A stretch of 64,000 nucleotides of DNA from positions 429,767 through 493,766 of the forward strand of contig CP011214.1 of assembly GCA_001029755.1 (NCBI GenBank). The letters run 5' to 3'. The notes beneath the pieces were generated by a model, which ran no database searches, was not told where the DNA came from, and saw nothing but the letters and a program-made list of their open reading frames with translations. A program made the position numbers and the translations under genes. Below, piece after piece: positions 9,508 to 19,445 of this stretch; position 1 is the stretch's first letter, and every line of letters begins with the position of its first letter. The stretch comes from Candidatus Woesebacteria bacterium GW2011_GWF1_31_35. Its GTDB lineage: Bacteria > Patescibacteriota > Microgenomatia > UBA8517.

Positions 9508-10863
9508 ATGTTTCCTGCCGAGACATCACTAATACCTGCAACTGTAGCTCTTGTTCGTTTCTATATAGAGAACGGATTCTTGGTATTTTTCCATAATTAT
9601 CCATTTTGGTATCTTGGTTCGACCCCATTTAAGTTTTTAATTGGCCCAATTATTCCAATAATTACCAGATTTATTGGAATTTTACTCCCTAATGTATCAT
9701 TATTTAATATATTGATATATTTTGTAATACTTAGTTTTGTAATTTCAGCAGTTGGGTGGGGGATTTTAGTCAAAAAAATCACCAATAATAAGATACTTAC
9801 ATTTTTGGTGGTATTTATCTTTCTAATTTTACCTGGTAAGTACTTTACAGCTTTTGGTTTAGAAGAAGCCACATACATAATTGCAAGAAATTTGCTTCCA
9901 TTCCTATTTTTATTTATTTTAGAAAAGAAAAAAATAACCTCGATTCTTTTTTTAAGCCTAATTTTACTAATTAATACAAGTATTTTAACTCAAAGTTTGG
10001 TAGGAATCGGGGCAATTTCTTTAAATCTAAAGGCTTTTAAAAAAAATTTAGCTTTAATTCTTTATTCATTAATAGTAATTACCTTTTGGTACACACCAAC
10101 CTACTGGTTAACAATTCTATTTAACCCTTCAATAGGGGGATTATCTTTAGGAAAACTATCTTTAAGGGTATTTGAACTTGTTAGAAGTTTACTTCCAGTA
10201 TTATTAGCCTTCTTTGTAGTTAGATTGGGTAAAATTAAAAGACCAATTTTAGAAAGATTTGGTTTAATCTGGTTTGGGGTGTTTACCTTTTTAACATTTT
10301 ATAGATTTGTAGCTGATTATGATTTCTGGTCAGATTGGACAGCTTGGTTGCCTGAACTTGAAATTGGTTTTGCTATTCTTTTTACATATTATTACCAAGC
10401 TAAAAGTTATAAAAATATTTTATGCATTATTTTAATTATTCTTTTACCAACATATATTATTATTAAAAATATATCGTTTAAAAATTTGATAACAAGTTCA
10501 CCTCCAAGGTATATGCAAAGTATTGATAAACTAAGTAAACTATCAGATGGTAAAAATGTATTTCTATCAGGAAGTTCAGTCTTTTGGGTGAATGCTTTTT
10601 ATAATATAAACCAAGTCAGAGGTGGTAAAGACCAGGTATCAATGCATAAAACTTGGGATAAAGCTTCATATGAATTTAGAGAAGGGGATGATGTAGAAAA
10701 AACCTTCATCTGGTTAAAAAATTTAAATATAAACTATGTACTTGTCCATACAAGCGAGTCTCAAGAGTATTATAAAGACTTTCAAAATATATATAAATGG
10801 AACAACGTAGGTGAAGTTGTTTGGCAAGATAATGGTGATTTTATTGTCAAAACTTCAGATTAG
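9508..10863 (+). CDS. Polytopic membrane protein with C-terminal soluble domain (possible GT-C-like)
   Basis: 451 aa. About 9 TM helices followed by a ~130-aa hydrophilic C-terminal domain. Architecture resembles the 20040 and 22699 proteins. Confidence 0.45.
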   Translation: MFPAETSLIPATVALVRFYIENGFLVFFHNYPFWYLGSTPFKFLIGPIIPIITRFIGILLPNVSLFNILIYFVILSFVISAVGWGILVKKITNNKILTFLVVFIFLILPGKYFTAFGLEEATYIIARNLLPFLFLFILEKKKITSILFLSLILLINTSILTQSLVGIGAISLNLKAFKKNLALILYSLIVITFWYTPTYWLTILFNPSIGGLSLGKLSLRVFELVRSLLPVLLAFFVVRLGKIKRPILERFGLIWFGVFTFLTFYRFVADYDFWSDWTAWLPELEIGFAILFTYYYQAKSYKNILCIILIILLPTYIIIKNISFKNLITSSPPRYMQSIDKLSKLSDGKNVFLSGSSVFWVNAFYNINQVRGGKDQVSMHKTWDKASYEFREGDDVEKTFIWLKNLNINYVLVHTSESQEYYKDFQNIYKWNNVGEVVWQDNGDFIVKTSD

Positions 10864-10880
10864 AAGTGTTTATCCTTTGT

Positions 10881-11183
10881 TTATTTATTGATTAAATATA
10901 TTGTAAGTAGAGTTAAGTCAATAATAACAAAGAAGATAAACAAACCTATTAACCATCTATTAATAACAATTTTAGATTTAATTTTAATATGTTTTACTTT
11001 GTGATGAGTATTATAAATACTAATAAGCTGTAGTTTGTTATAGTATCTTCTGTTTGTTGGTGTTCTTAGGGGTTTTATATAACCATTTCTTTCCCATCTT
11101 CTTAAAGTGTCTTTAGAAATTTTTAGTAATTTAGAAGCCTCTGAAATTGATAATCGAATATTTAAATCTGTATTCATATACAT
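10881..11183 (-). CDS. Membrane-anchored MerR-type HTH protein
   Basis: 100 aa. N-terminal LSISEASKLLKISKDTLRRWERNGYIKPLRTPTNRRYY (MerR/excisionase HTH). C-terminal TM helix. Divergent from the 11518 gene. Confidence 0.55.
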   Translation of the reverse strand: MYMNTDLNIRLSISEASKLLKISKDTLRRWERNGYIKPLRTPTNRRYYNKLQLISIYNTHHKVKHIKIKSKIVINRWLIGLFIFFVIIDLTLLTIYLINK

Positions 11184-11517
11184 ATATTTACATATATATC
11201 ATTTAGTTGTCAATTACTAATGAGCTACATATAGAAAACATAGTAATAGTAATCTAGTCTTAGATAATAGCTTTAAATTTGACTTGGTGAGCTTAAAAAG
11301 TATTGTTTATTAAGTTATTAACTATCTTATGTTTAAGGTTAACACGTACAGTTTAGGTAGCGTAAGGGTAAAATCGGACACTTTTTGGATACAGATTTAT
11401 CTTTATTTATCATATTAATATATCTTATAATACTTTATTAAATATATATTTCCCCATAAATTAAAGACTATTGACAGGAGTTAGTATGGTATCTGACAAT
11501 TATACTAACTTAAATAT

Positions 11518-14500
11518 ATGACTGCACTTGATAAAAAGAAAGAAATTGTTGATTTAGTAACATCTAAGCAAGTAAATGTTTCTAATATTGCAAGAAAATA
11601 TGGTATTTCTAGAGATACTATATATAGGTGGGTCAATAACGGAGTCAAAACAGATAATTATTTAAGGGGTGATAGTCATCCAAACGCTATATATCCTAAA
11701 GCAAAAAAAGAAGTTATAAGACTTATAGTTAAAGACCCTTCTTTAGGTTGTAGGAAATTAAGTCAGGAATTATTAGGCAAGAATATTAAATTGAGTCATT
11801 CTCAAGTAAATAAACTTTTAAACAAATTGGGTGCTGAAAATTATGATAGAAGAGTTAATTTTACGAAAAATTATCAAGGTCCTAGAAGATTTAAGGATGA
11901 TGTGAGAAGCGAAATAGTTAATAGGCATTTGGAAGGAGAAAAGATTTCAGATTTAGCTTCAAAATATAGTATTTCAAGGGATACTATTTATAGATGGATT
12001 AATAATCATAACTCAGGAGTTGGTTTATCTGATAAATATGTAAAGGGAGAAAATCATCCAAAGGCTATTTATCCTTCACTAGAGCCTGAAGTACTACAAA
12101 TAGTAGGGAGTAATCCAGGTCTTTCAGCACACTTGATTGCGAAAGAAGTTAATTGTTCTGTTTGGACTATTTGGAAAATATTAGACAAGAATAATTTAAA
12201 TCTTGCTTCTCAAAGAATTGCATATGCTAATGAACTTTCTACAAGAGAACAAAAAGTTATCGAATCGAAAGCTTCTGATACAGTTAGATCTGTTTTTGAT
12301 AGTTTTGTTCCAAACGTAGCCCCAGCACCACCGCCATCTAAATTTAATTTTAAATTACTTCGTTTCTTTGTCATCTTCCCCATTTTTGTATTTTTAATAA
12401 CCTATGCAAGTATGTATTGGATATCAACTATTACTTCAATTGGAGCAATATTTGCAACTGTCGCGTTAGTTATGGGTATGTTCTTCTTCATGTACTCACT
12501 TAAATATTATCTTTCTTTAGCAATTGTACTTTCTAATTTACAAGAAGATGGGATAGTAAAGAGGGGTAAAAACCTAATTGATTGGGTCTTGGGAAATAAC
12601 TCAGATATAGTAAACAATAATTCTAAATTTATTGGTCTCGAGCCAAATATTGACAATATAATTTTAAAAAACCATCCATTTGTTTCAGTCCATGTTGCAC
12701 TTTTCAACGAAAGAAACGTGGTAGATAGATTAGTTAAGGCTGTAACTTCATTTGAATATGATAATTATGAAGTTATTTTAGCTGATGATTCAACAGATGA
12801 AACATCTGAAAAAATTAGACAGTATCAGGAAAAGTATCTATTTAAAGGAGAAACTTTAAAAGAAACAAAAGGTGATGGTTGGACTTTAACCTCAGTCGAA
12901 GTTAGAAAAGGTGTAACTTTTAAACACTTACACAGAATAAATAGGTTAGGTTACAAAGGAGGAGCCCTAGATCTTGCCTTAAAATTAACAGATTCAAGGG
13001 CAGAATATGTTTCTATCTTTGATGCTGACTTTGTACCATATCCTGATTCTATTAGTTTATTTCTAAAGTACTTCCAAGCCCAGAATGATCCTAATGTAGC
13101 AGCAGTTCAAGGGTATCAATGGCATGTATTAAACAAATCAGAAAACTGGATCACAAGGGGAGTTAGAAGTGAATACTCAGGCTCATATGTTATTGAACGC
13201 GCTGGTACTGAAATATATGGTGGTTTAAAACAAATATCAGGCTCTGTTTATATGATCAAGAAGAATATTCTAGAATCAATTGGTTGGGGAACATCAATTA
13301 CTGAAGATTTTGAACTTACCTTAAAGCTTTACGAGAAAGGCTACAAAGTAGTTTATACTCCATACATTCAAGCCCCAGCAGAATGTGTTTCTACCTTAAA
13401 ACGCTTAATTCGTCAAAGGATGCGTTGGGCTGAAGGACATTCATTTAACATTAAAAGAATGTTTAAAAAATTAATGTTATCTCCAAAACTTTCATTTGCT
13501 GAAAAGTTTGAAACTGCCTACCTTACCCCATACTACTTACAAGCATTCTTCTTCCTTGTAGGTACTCTTTCCTGGCTTATTTCAGAAACCATCTTTAAAG
13601 TTAGACTTCCTTTCTGGACAGAACTTTGGGGATGGAGTTTAGTTCTTACAAACATGATTTCCTTACCACTTCTTAATTCAGTAGGTCTTTTCCTAGAAGA
13701 ATCAGAACAGAAAGACTATTCAGGAATTGCATCCTTTGTTGCTCTATCATATGTAGTTGTTCCATTCCAAGCATATGCTTCCATTAAAGGCTTTATTGAA
13801 TCCTCAGAAGGTCCATGGTTTAGAACACCAAAGACAGGTAAAATCACAGATATCTTCTCTAGAAACAAATTCTATAGATTTATACAGGGAATTATTCCTG
13901 GTAAATCTCCAGTTTTAGAAGAGAGCTATTTAGCATTAACTACAGCTAATAATAGGTTTGATAATTTTAATATCAAAAAAGCAAAGAATAAAAGATGGAT
14001 TGGGAAAACATTTTTAGTAGTACTTCTGTCCATTAGTATTACTATTTATAGCATGTCAGACAGTTTGGTTAAAATGTCATATGCTGCAATGGATAATTTG
14101 GGAGATGGATCTGATGGTGCAATTACTGTTTCATCAAATACGAATTGCCAGACAACAGATATTTCGATAGACGATGGAGATTCAACAGCGGATTGCATGG
14201 CAACTTATGTAAGTAGTACTTCTAGTTCAGGGGGAGCAACTCTAAATGTAAGTTCAACAACTGGTTTTTATGCAAATGATGAGATTTTAATTATTTCAAT
14301 TCTTGGAACTAGTCCTACTGCTGGGATTTATGAATTTAAAACAATTCAATCGATTGGTGCTGGAAGTTTTACTTTAACTACTAACTTATCTAATACATAT
14401 ACATACAGTTCAGATGTGGCTGAAACAATGGTTGTTAGAGTTCCACAATACACTAGTGTAACAATAGATACTGGTATTACTTTAAATGTTTCAGCTTATT

Positions 14501-15708
14501 CCACAACAAATAACACCGGTGGCATTTTGGCCTTTAGGGCTACTGGAACAGTAACTGTGACAGGTTATATTAATTTAAATGGTCTGGGATTCCCAGGAGG
14601 AGCCCAGAAAACGGGTGGGAGTGGTGGTACAAGTGGAGGTACAGGTGGAGCTGCAACTTCAGGGGATAATGGATTAGGTGGTGGTAAAGGTTTGGCCGGT
14701 GGAGCGGGAGGAAATCCTGGGTCTGGAAGTGGAACAAAAGGTGGAGGAGGCGCTGGTGGTACAGATGGAGGTGGTGGAGGAGGTTGCTATTATTCAGAAT
14801 GTACTGCGGGAGGAAGTGGAACTTCGGGGACAGGTGGAAATAGTGGTGGTGGTACAAGTGGGGGTACTGGAAGCGCTGGGTCTTTGGGTTCTGCTGGGTC
14901 ATCATATGGATCAGCCGACTTAAGTTCGATGTTTTTTGGTTCTGGTGGTGCCAGTGGAGCAGGTGGAGCAGGTGGGGGAGGTGGAGATACTGCCGGTGGA
15001 GCAGGTGGTAATGGTGGAGCAGGTGGGGGAGGTGGGGGAATAATTTATATATCTGCAAATAGTATATCTGTTTCAGGATCTGTGTCTGTGACTGGATCTA
15101 ATGGAAGTCTCGGAGAGAGTGGAAATGGGGGTAATTCTTCAACTGGTCCCAACGTTCCCGGCGGAGGTGGAGCTCCTGGAGCAGGTGGGGGAGGTGGAGC
15201 AGGTGGATCAATTTTTTTGAGAGCAACTAGTTTGACAATGGGAAGTAGTTTAATTATAAGTACGGCTGGTTCAGGTGCTAGTGGTGGAGCAAGTGGTGGA
15301 GTTGGGGGGGAATTTGACCCTGATCCATTAGTTATAGGTGATGAGTATTCTGGTGGTAATAGTAGTGCAGGTGCTGGTGGAGGAGCGGCAGTTAGTAAAA
15401 AGGTGGGTGGTAATGCTAGTGGCGGTGGGGCAGGAAGTGGTGGTAACGGGAGTGCTGGTAGGATTCATATAGAGTATGATACCGGCTATACTGGAGAAAG
15501 TGATCCAATATCGGATAAATCTCAAATTCCTGAAAATGTAATTTTATTATTACCATTAATTTTATTATTTCCTAAAGTATTAGAATGGTTTAAGAAAAAA
15601 AGAAAAAAGTCTAAAGATCTAAAACCAAAAGATTTTGTTTATATTTTCAAAAATATTTGTACAATCAATAATGAATACTATTATTTTTGGCGAGGGCCAC
15701 CAAGTTAA
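11518..15708 (+). CDS. Giant multidomain membrane protein: two transposase-type HTH modules, a processive GT2 polysaccharide synthase, a Thr/Ser-rich beta-rich domain, a Gly-rich low-complexity region and a PEP-CTERM-like tail
   Basis: 1396 aa in one uninterrupted ORF. Residues ~1-250 are two tandem repeats of an IS481/IS630-like N-terminal DNA-binding module (GISRDTIYRW... HP.AIYP... LG.RKL...SHSQV/CSVWTI). They are followed by TM helices and a GT2 core with VALFNE, ILADDSTDET, DADF, TEDFEL and QRMRWAEGH (QxxRW) motifs plus further TM helices. Residues ~880-1040 are a Thr/Ser-rich beta domain and ~1040-1330 are Gly/Ser/Ala low complexity. The C-terminus is ...SQIPENVILLLPLILLFPKVLEWFKKKRKK (motif, TM helix, basic cluster). 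Confidence 0.8.
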   Translation: MTALDKKKEIVDLVTSKQVNVSNIARKYGISRDTIYRWVNNGVKTDNYLRGDSHPNAIYPKAKKEVIRLIVKDPSLGCRKLSQELLGKNIKLSHSQVNKLLNKLGAENYDRRVNFTKNYQGPRRFKDDVRSEIVNRHLEGEKISDLASKYSISRDTIYRWINNHNSGVGLSDKYVKGENHPKAIYPSLEPEVLQIVGSNPGLSAHLIAKEVNCSVWTIWKILDKNNLNLASQRIAYANELSTREQKVIESKASDTVRSVFDSFVPNVAPAPPPSKFNFKLLRFFVIFPIFVFLITYASMYWISTITSIGAIFATVALVMGMFFFMYSLKYYLSLAIVLSNLQEDGIVKRGKNLIDWVLGNNSDIVNNNSKFIGLEPNIDNIILKNHPFVSVHVALFNERNVVDRLVKAVTSFEYDNYEVILADDSTDETSEKIRQYQEKYLFKGETLKETKGDGWTLTSVEVRKGVTFKHLHRINRLGYKGGALDLALKLTDSRAEYVSIFDADFVPYPDSISLFLKYFQAQNDPNVAAVQGYQWHVLNKSENWITRGVRSEYSGSYVIERAGTEIYGGLKQISGSVYMIKKNILESIGWGTSITEDFELTLKLYEKGYKVVYTPYIQAPAECVSTLKRLIRQRMRWAEGHSFNIKRMFKKLMLSPKLSFAEKFETAYLTPYYLQAFFFLVGTLSWLISETIFKVRLPFWTELWGWSLVLTNMISLPLLNSVGLFLEESEQKDYSGIASFVALSYVVVPFQAYASIKGFIESSEGPWFRTPKTGKITDIFSRNKFYRFIQGIIPGKSPVLEESYLALTTANNRFDNFNIKKAKNKRWIGKTFLVVLLSISITIYSMSDSLVKMSYAAMDNLGDGSDGAITVSSNTNCQTTDISIDDGDSTADCMATYVSSTSSSGGATLNVSSTTGFYANDEILIISILGTSPTAGIYEFKTIQSIGAGSFTLTTNLSNTYTYSSDVAETMVVRVPQYTSVTIDTGITLNVSAYSTTNNTGGILAFRATGTVTVTGYINLNGLGFPGGAQKTGGSGGTSGGTGGAATSGDNGLGGGKGLAGGAGGNPGSGSGTKGGGGAGGTDGGGGGGCYYSECTAGGSGTSGTGGNSGGGTSGGTGSAGSLGSAGSSYGSADLSSMFFGSGGASGAGGAGGGGGDTAGGAGGNGGAGGGGGGIIYISANSISVSGSVSVTGSNGSLGESGNGGNSSTGPNVPGGGGAPGAGGGGGAGGSIFLRATSLTMGSSLIISTAGSGASGGASGGVGGEFDPDPLVIGDEYSGGNSSAGAGGGAAVSKKVGGNASGGGAGSGGNGSAGRIHIEYDTGYTGESDPISDKSQIPENVILLLPLILLFPKVLEWFKKKRKKSKDLKPKDFVYIFKNICTINNEYYYFWRGPPS
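14570..15480 (+). repeat. Gly/Ser/Ala-rich low-complexity coding repeats (GGxGGxGG) inside the 11518 CDS
   Basis: GC-skewed GGT/GGA-rich tract. It encodes a ~300-aa GGSGGTSGG-type region and generates spurious antisense ORFs. Confidence 0.7.
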
Positions 15709-15727
15709 AAATTAAAAAAAGAAATAT

Positions 15728-16276
15728 ATGAAACAAAAAAAGACATTTAAAATGATTTTGACGATACTAGCTATATCTTTAGCTGTGTTACCTTTATTGG
15801 TAAGTTTCAATGAGATTTTGACTAAAGTTTTTGAAACATTTTCTTTATATAAATGGATCGAAAATTATATAGTTCCACGCCAGGCAGCTATGGTGGGGGT
15901 TATTTTGAGCCCATTTAATATTAATTATTCTGTTTTTAGGGGTGGATTAATAATTAATGGTAGTTATGTACACATAACGTGGAATTGTATTGGTTGGCAA
16001 AGTCTTATTGTATTAATTACAACTTTTTTTGTTGGATTAAAGGGTAAAAATTATACTAATTTTTCAAAAATTGAAACAATTATACTTGGTTTAGTTGGGA
16101 CATTACTTATTAATTTACTAAGAATGTCAATTCTAATTCTGTTGTATGTTTATGCAACAGAACTGTCAATGATAATCTTTCATAATTATTTTGCAGCTAT
16201 AATGACGATGTTATGGTTAGCATTCTTTTGGTGGTTTTCATACCTTTACATTTTAGAAGAAAAAAATAATATTTGA
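15728..16276 (+). CDS. Miniature exosortase/archaeosortase-family protein (putative sorting transpeptidase)
   Basis: 182 aa, about 5 TM helices. Candidate catalytic Cys in VHITWNCIGWQSL. An NxxR motif about 40 residues downstream (INLLRMSILILL), as in XrtA/ArtA. Starts 20 nt after a gene whose product ends in a PEP-CTERM-like tail. Confidence 0.55.
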   Translation: MKQKKTFKMILTILAISLAVLPLLVSFNEILTKVFETFSLYKWIENYIVPRQAAMVGVILSPFNINYSVFRGGLIINGSYVHITWNCIGWQSLIVLITTFFVGLKGKNYTNFSKIETIILGLVGTLLINLLRMSILILLYVYATELSMIIFHNYFAAIMTMLWLAFFWWFSYLYILEEKNNI

Positions 16277-16535
16277 TACTTATCAAATTGTTTTATTGTT
16301 TTCATTAATTATTTTATGATAAAATATATTCTACTAATAAAAAATAAGGAGAGTTAATAAATAATAAAAATTGACTACTTTGATAATTTCTTAATTCTTA
16401 TTTTTCTAGTATAGAAAAAATGACTGAATATAGTTCAACCATTTGTCTTGGTGAGAGAGTATTTGTTAACATAATATGTCCATTCGAATAGATATTCTTT
16501 CTCTAAAATAATCATTAATAGTTTTTGATAAGTCT

Positions 16536-19445
16536 ATGTTTAGCCACTATTTGAGGAGGAAACAAATTCTGTATTTAGCATTTTTTGTGTCTGGAATTTC
16601 TGCAATAATATACGAAATTCTTTGGATAAGAGTTCTTTCGCTTGCTTTTGGTGCTGTAACAATAATAATTGCCTCTGTGGCTAGTTTGTTTCTATTAGGT
16701 TTATGCCTTGGTTCTTTTATAGGTGGAAGGTTTACAGACATTGTTTCAAAACATAAGCTTAATTATTTGTTTATTCTTTATTTCTTAATCGAAATTTCCG
16801 TTGGTCTATTTGCTTACGTGAACTTTAACCTTTTTTCATCCTTTTCTTTAGCTGCTGGTCAATATAGATATTTTGTTGTGTTAATATGTATTTTGATACA
16901 TTCTTTTTTGCTGGGGGCTACATGGCCAATGATGTTTAAAATGATTTTAAGTATGGGAGAGGATTGGAATGTTGCTGGAAAGATTACTTTTATTAATACT
17001 TTCGGTGGTTTTATTGGTGCAGCTTCATCTAATTTCTTTCTGATTGCAAATATTGGTTTAGAAAAAACTTTGTTTTTGGCGATATCCTTGAATCTACTGG
17101 CCTCGTTTATGGTACTATCTTCCTATAGTAGAAATTATTTTTTTTCAAATAACTTAATAAACGTAAAACAGTTGAAAGAAAAACGTGTTTTTTTAGATGG
17201 AAAATTTTGGATTTTTGGTTTGATGTTTTTTACGGGGTTTGTTGGAATGGGACTTGAAATTTTGTGGATGAGAACCTTTGGACTTATTTTTGGTAATTCA
17301 ATTTATTCTTTTTCAATTTTACTTGCAGTAATTTTACTTTCCCTGTCTTTGGGGGGACTAATTATCGGATTTATGAAATCAAGTAAAGTATCTATAAATG
17401 GATTGATAAATATTATAGTTTTAGGGGTAATCTCTATTTTAATTGGAATGATTTTAATTGGTAGATTTCCAGAAATATTATTGTCCCTTAAAATAAATCT
17501 AATAGAATCATTTATAAGTTATAGTCTGCTTCAGTTTGTCTTTGTGGGTGTAATAGTAGTTATTCCTGCCATGCTATCTGGGATGGTGTTTCCATATGGC
17601 GTTAGGATGCTCAAAATTTATAACAACATACCAGGAACTATTTCAGGATTTTCATATTTTATAAACACCCTAGGGTCAGTTTTTGGTGGTTTAATTTCAG
17701 CAATGTTTATCCTTCCTTTTTTGGGAATAAAAAATGGACTAATTTTTCTGACAGGACTTTTTTTCTTTCTTCCAGTTATTTGGTTTATCAGTAAAAAAAG
17801 AAATAAAGATATATTTTTTTTGACACTAATTATTTTTGTTTTAGGATTAATAGCTTTTAAAACTTGGGATGAAAGAAAATTAGCCTCCGGAGTATATTAT
17901 TATGGGGGCCGTGCAATGAATGAAGGTGGTTGGAATATGATTTATTATAAAGATGGTAGGGAATCGACAGTGTCGGTTACAAGGTATAGGGGAGAAAATG
18001 CATTAAGAATAAATGGAAAAGTTGATGCGTCTAGCAAAGGAGATAGGGAAACACAATTAATGCTAGGTCATGTCCCAGTACTTCTAAGTAGAAACCCAAA
18101 AAACGTTTTAGTGATAGGGTTAGGTAGTGGTACAACAGCCGGAGCGGTAAATAAGCATGATGATGTTACAAACTTAACAGTTGTTGAAATTGAACCAGAG
18201 GTTGCAAAGGTTGCAGAAAAATATTTCTTTGAAGTAAACAATTTAGTTTTGAGTGATCCAGAAACCAAGTTAGTTATTAATGATGCACGGAATTTTTTGT
18301 TGAAAACAAAGGATAAATATGATGTTATTACTTCGGAACCGTCTAATCCTTGGATTGCAGGTGAAGGCAGTCTTTTTACAAAAGAATTTTTTGAGATAGG
18401 CAAATCAAAACTTGATAATAATGGGATTTTTTTTCAATGGTTACATTTATATAATATTGGCCAATCTGAAGTTAAAAGTGTGTTGGCTACATTCAAATCA
18501 GTTTTTCCACATACATTAATTTTGATAGGTGTAGAACCTAATGATATTTTCTTGGCTGGTAGTAATGAAAAAATAGATATTGATTGGAACAGGTTTATTA
18601 CCTTTAAATCAGACAATTTTAATATCGGGTCAGACATTATGAGTTTATTTTGTAATACTGAAATATCATCGGAAATGGTCACGAATAGTGAAATTAATAT
18701 AGATAATAAACCCACACTTGAATATAGGTCACCCTTTAATTTAAGAAAAAATACTCTTCCCAGCAATTTTTCCTTTATATTAAAATTCTGTCAGGAACCA
18801 AAAAGACTATTAGATAATTTAGAGGTTCCACAAGAATATAGAGAATCGTTAATACTCACGCTAAAGGCTAGAAAAAAACTATTAGAAGCAGAGATTGAAT
18901 ATGAAAAAGGTAATATTGACAATGCGATTTATTTACTTGAGGAAGCGATAAAAGATGATAAAAACACGCCCCATGTTAAAGAACGGACAGCAGAGTTATA
19001 TGTTGAAAAAGCGGATGAGTTAATCTCAAGCATGGGTTTTATTAATAACAGTGTTGCAGAAAGATATTTGATTGATTCAATTTATTTTGCACCGAATTAT
19101 TATAATGGATCTATTAGTTTGATGTATTTATATATAAACCAAGGAAGATTGAAAGAAGCTGAAGAATTAATAAAAGAAAGCGAAAAAAAGTTTCCATGGT
19201 CGGGTGCTGTTTTAATGTATAAAGGGATAATAACTGGATTAAATGGTGATAGCTCAAAAGAAGAAAAATTATTGCTTGAAGCCTATTCACTTGAGGGTTG
19301 GAATACTGTAATTATTAACAATTTAGCCAATTTCTATTTATCAAAAGGTGATGAAGAAAAAGCTATTGAGATGTTGGAAAAATCTGTAATAATTGATTCT
19401 GATCAACAAATTGTTCTCAAATGGTTACGCGAATTAAAGAATTAA
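16536..19445 (+). CDS. Spermidine-synthase-like (aminopropyltransferase fold) membrane protein with C-terminal TPR repeats
   Basis: 969 aa. About 12 N-terminal TM helices. Central class-I MTase/spermidine synthase fold (VLVIGLGSGTTAG... VVEIEPEV... DVITSEPSNPW). C-terminal ~250 aa TPR-like. Confidence 0.7.
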   Translation: MFSHYLRRKQILYLAFFVSGISAIIYEILWIRVLSLAFGAVTIIIASVASLFLLGLCLGSFIGGRFTDIVSKHKLNYLFILYFLIEISVGLFAYVNFNLFSSFSLAAGQYRYFVVLICILIHSFLLGATWPMMFKMILSMGEDWNVAGKITFINTFGGFIGAASSNFFLIANIGLEKTLFLAISLNLLASFMVLSSYSRNYFFSNNLINVKQLKEKRVFLDGKFWIFGLMFFTGFVGMGLEILWMRTFGLIFGNSIYSFSILLAVILLSLSLGGLIIGFMKSSKVSINGLINIIVLGVISILIGMILIGRFPEILLSLKINLIESFISYSLLQFVFVGVIVVIPAMLSGMVFPYGVRMLKIYNNIPGTISGFSYFINTLGSVFGGLISAMFILPFLGIKNGLIFLTGLFFFLPVIWFISKKRNKDIFFLTLIIFVLGLIAFKTWDERKLASGVYYYGGRAMNEGGWNMIYYKDGRESTVSVTRYRGENALRINGKVDASSKGDRETQLMLGHVPVLLSRNPKNVLVIGLGSGTTAGAVNKHDDVTNLTVVEIEPEVAKVAEKYFFEVNNLVLSDPETKLVINDARNFLLKTKDKYDVITSEPSNPWIAGEGSLFTKEFFEIGKSKLDNNGIFFQWLHLYNIGQSEVKSVLATFKSVFPHTLILIGVEPNDIFLAGSNEKIDIDWNRFITFKSDNFNIGSDIMSLFCNTEISSEMVTNSEINIDNKPTLEYRSPFNLRKNTLPSNFSFILKFCQEPKRLLDNLEVPQEYRESLILTLKARKKLLEAEIEYEKGNIDNAIYLLEEAIKDDKNTPHVKERTAELYVEKADELISSMGFINNSVAERYLIDSIYFAPNYYNGSISLMYLYINQGRLKEAEELIKESEKKFPWSGAVLMYKGIITGLNGDSSKEEKLLLEAYSLEGWNTVIINNLANFYLSKGDEEKAIEMLEKSVIIDSDQQIVLKWLRELKN

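Noticed and set aside
14570-15525. Antisense and alternative-frame ORFs (14570-15058 minus, 14678-14923 plus, 15328-15525 minus) in the Gly-rich tract
   Set aside because: They are products of GGN/CCN low-complexity repeats (His/Leu/Pro or Val/Glu runs). They lie entirely within the 11518 CDS, whose frame is supported by flanking domains.
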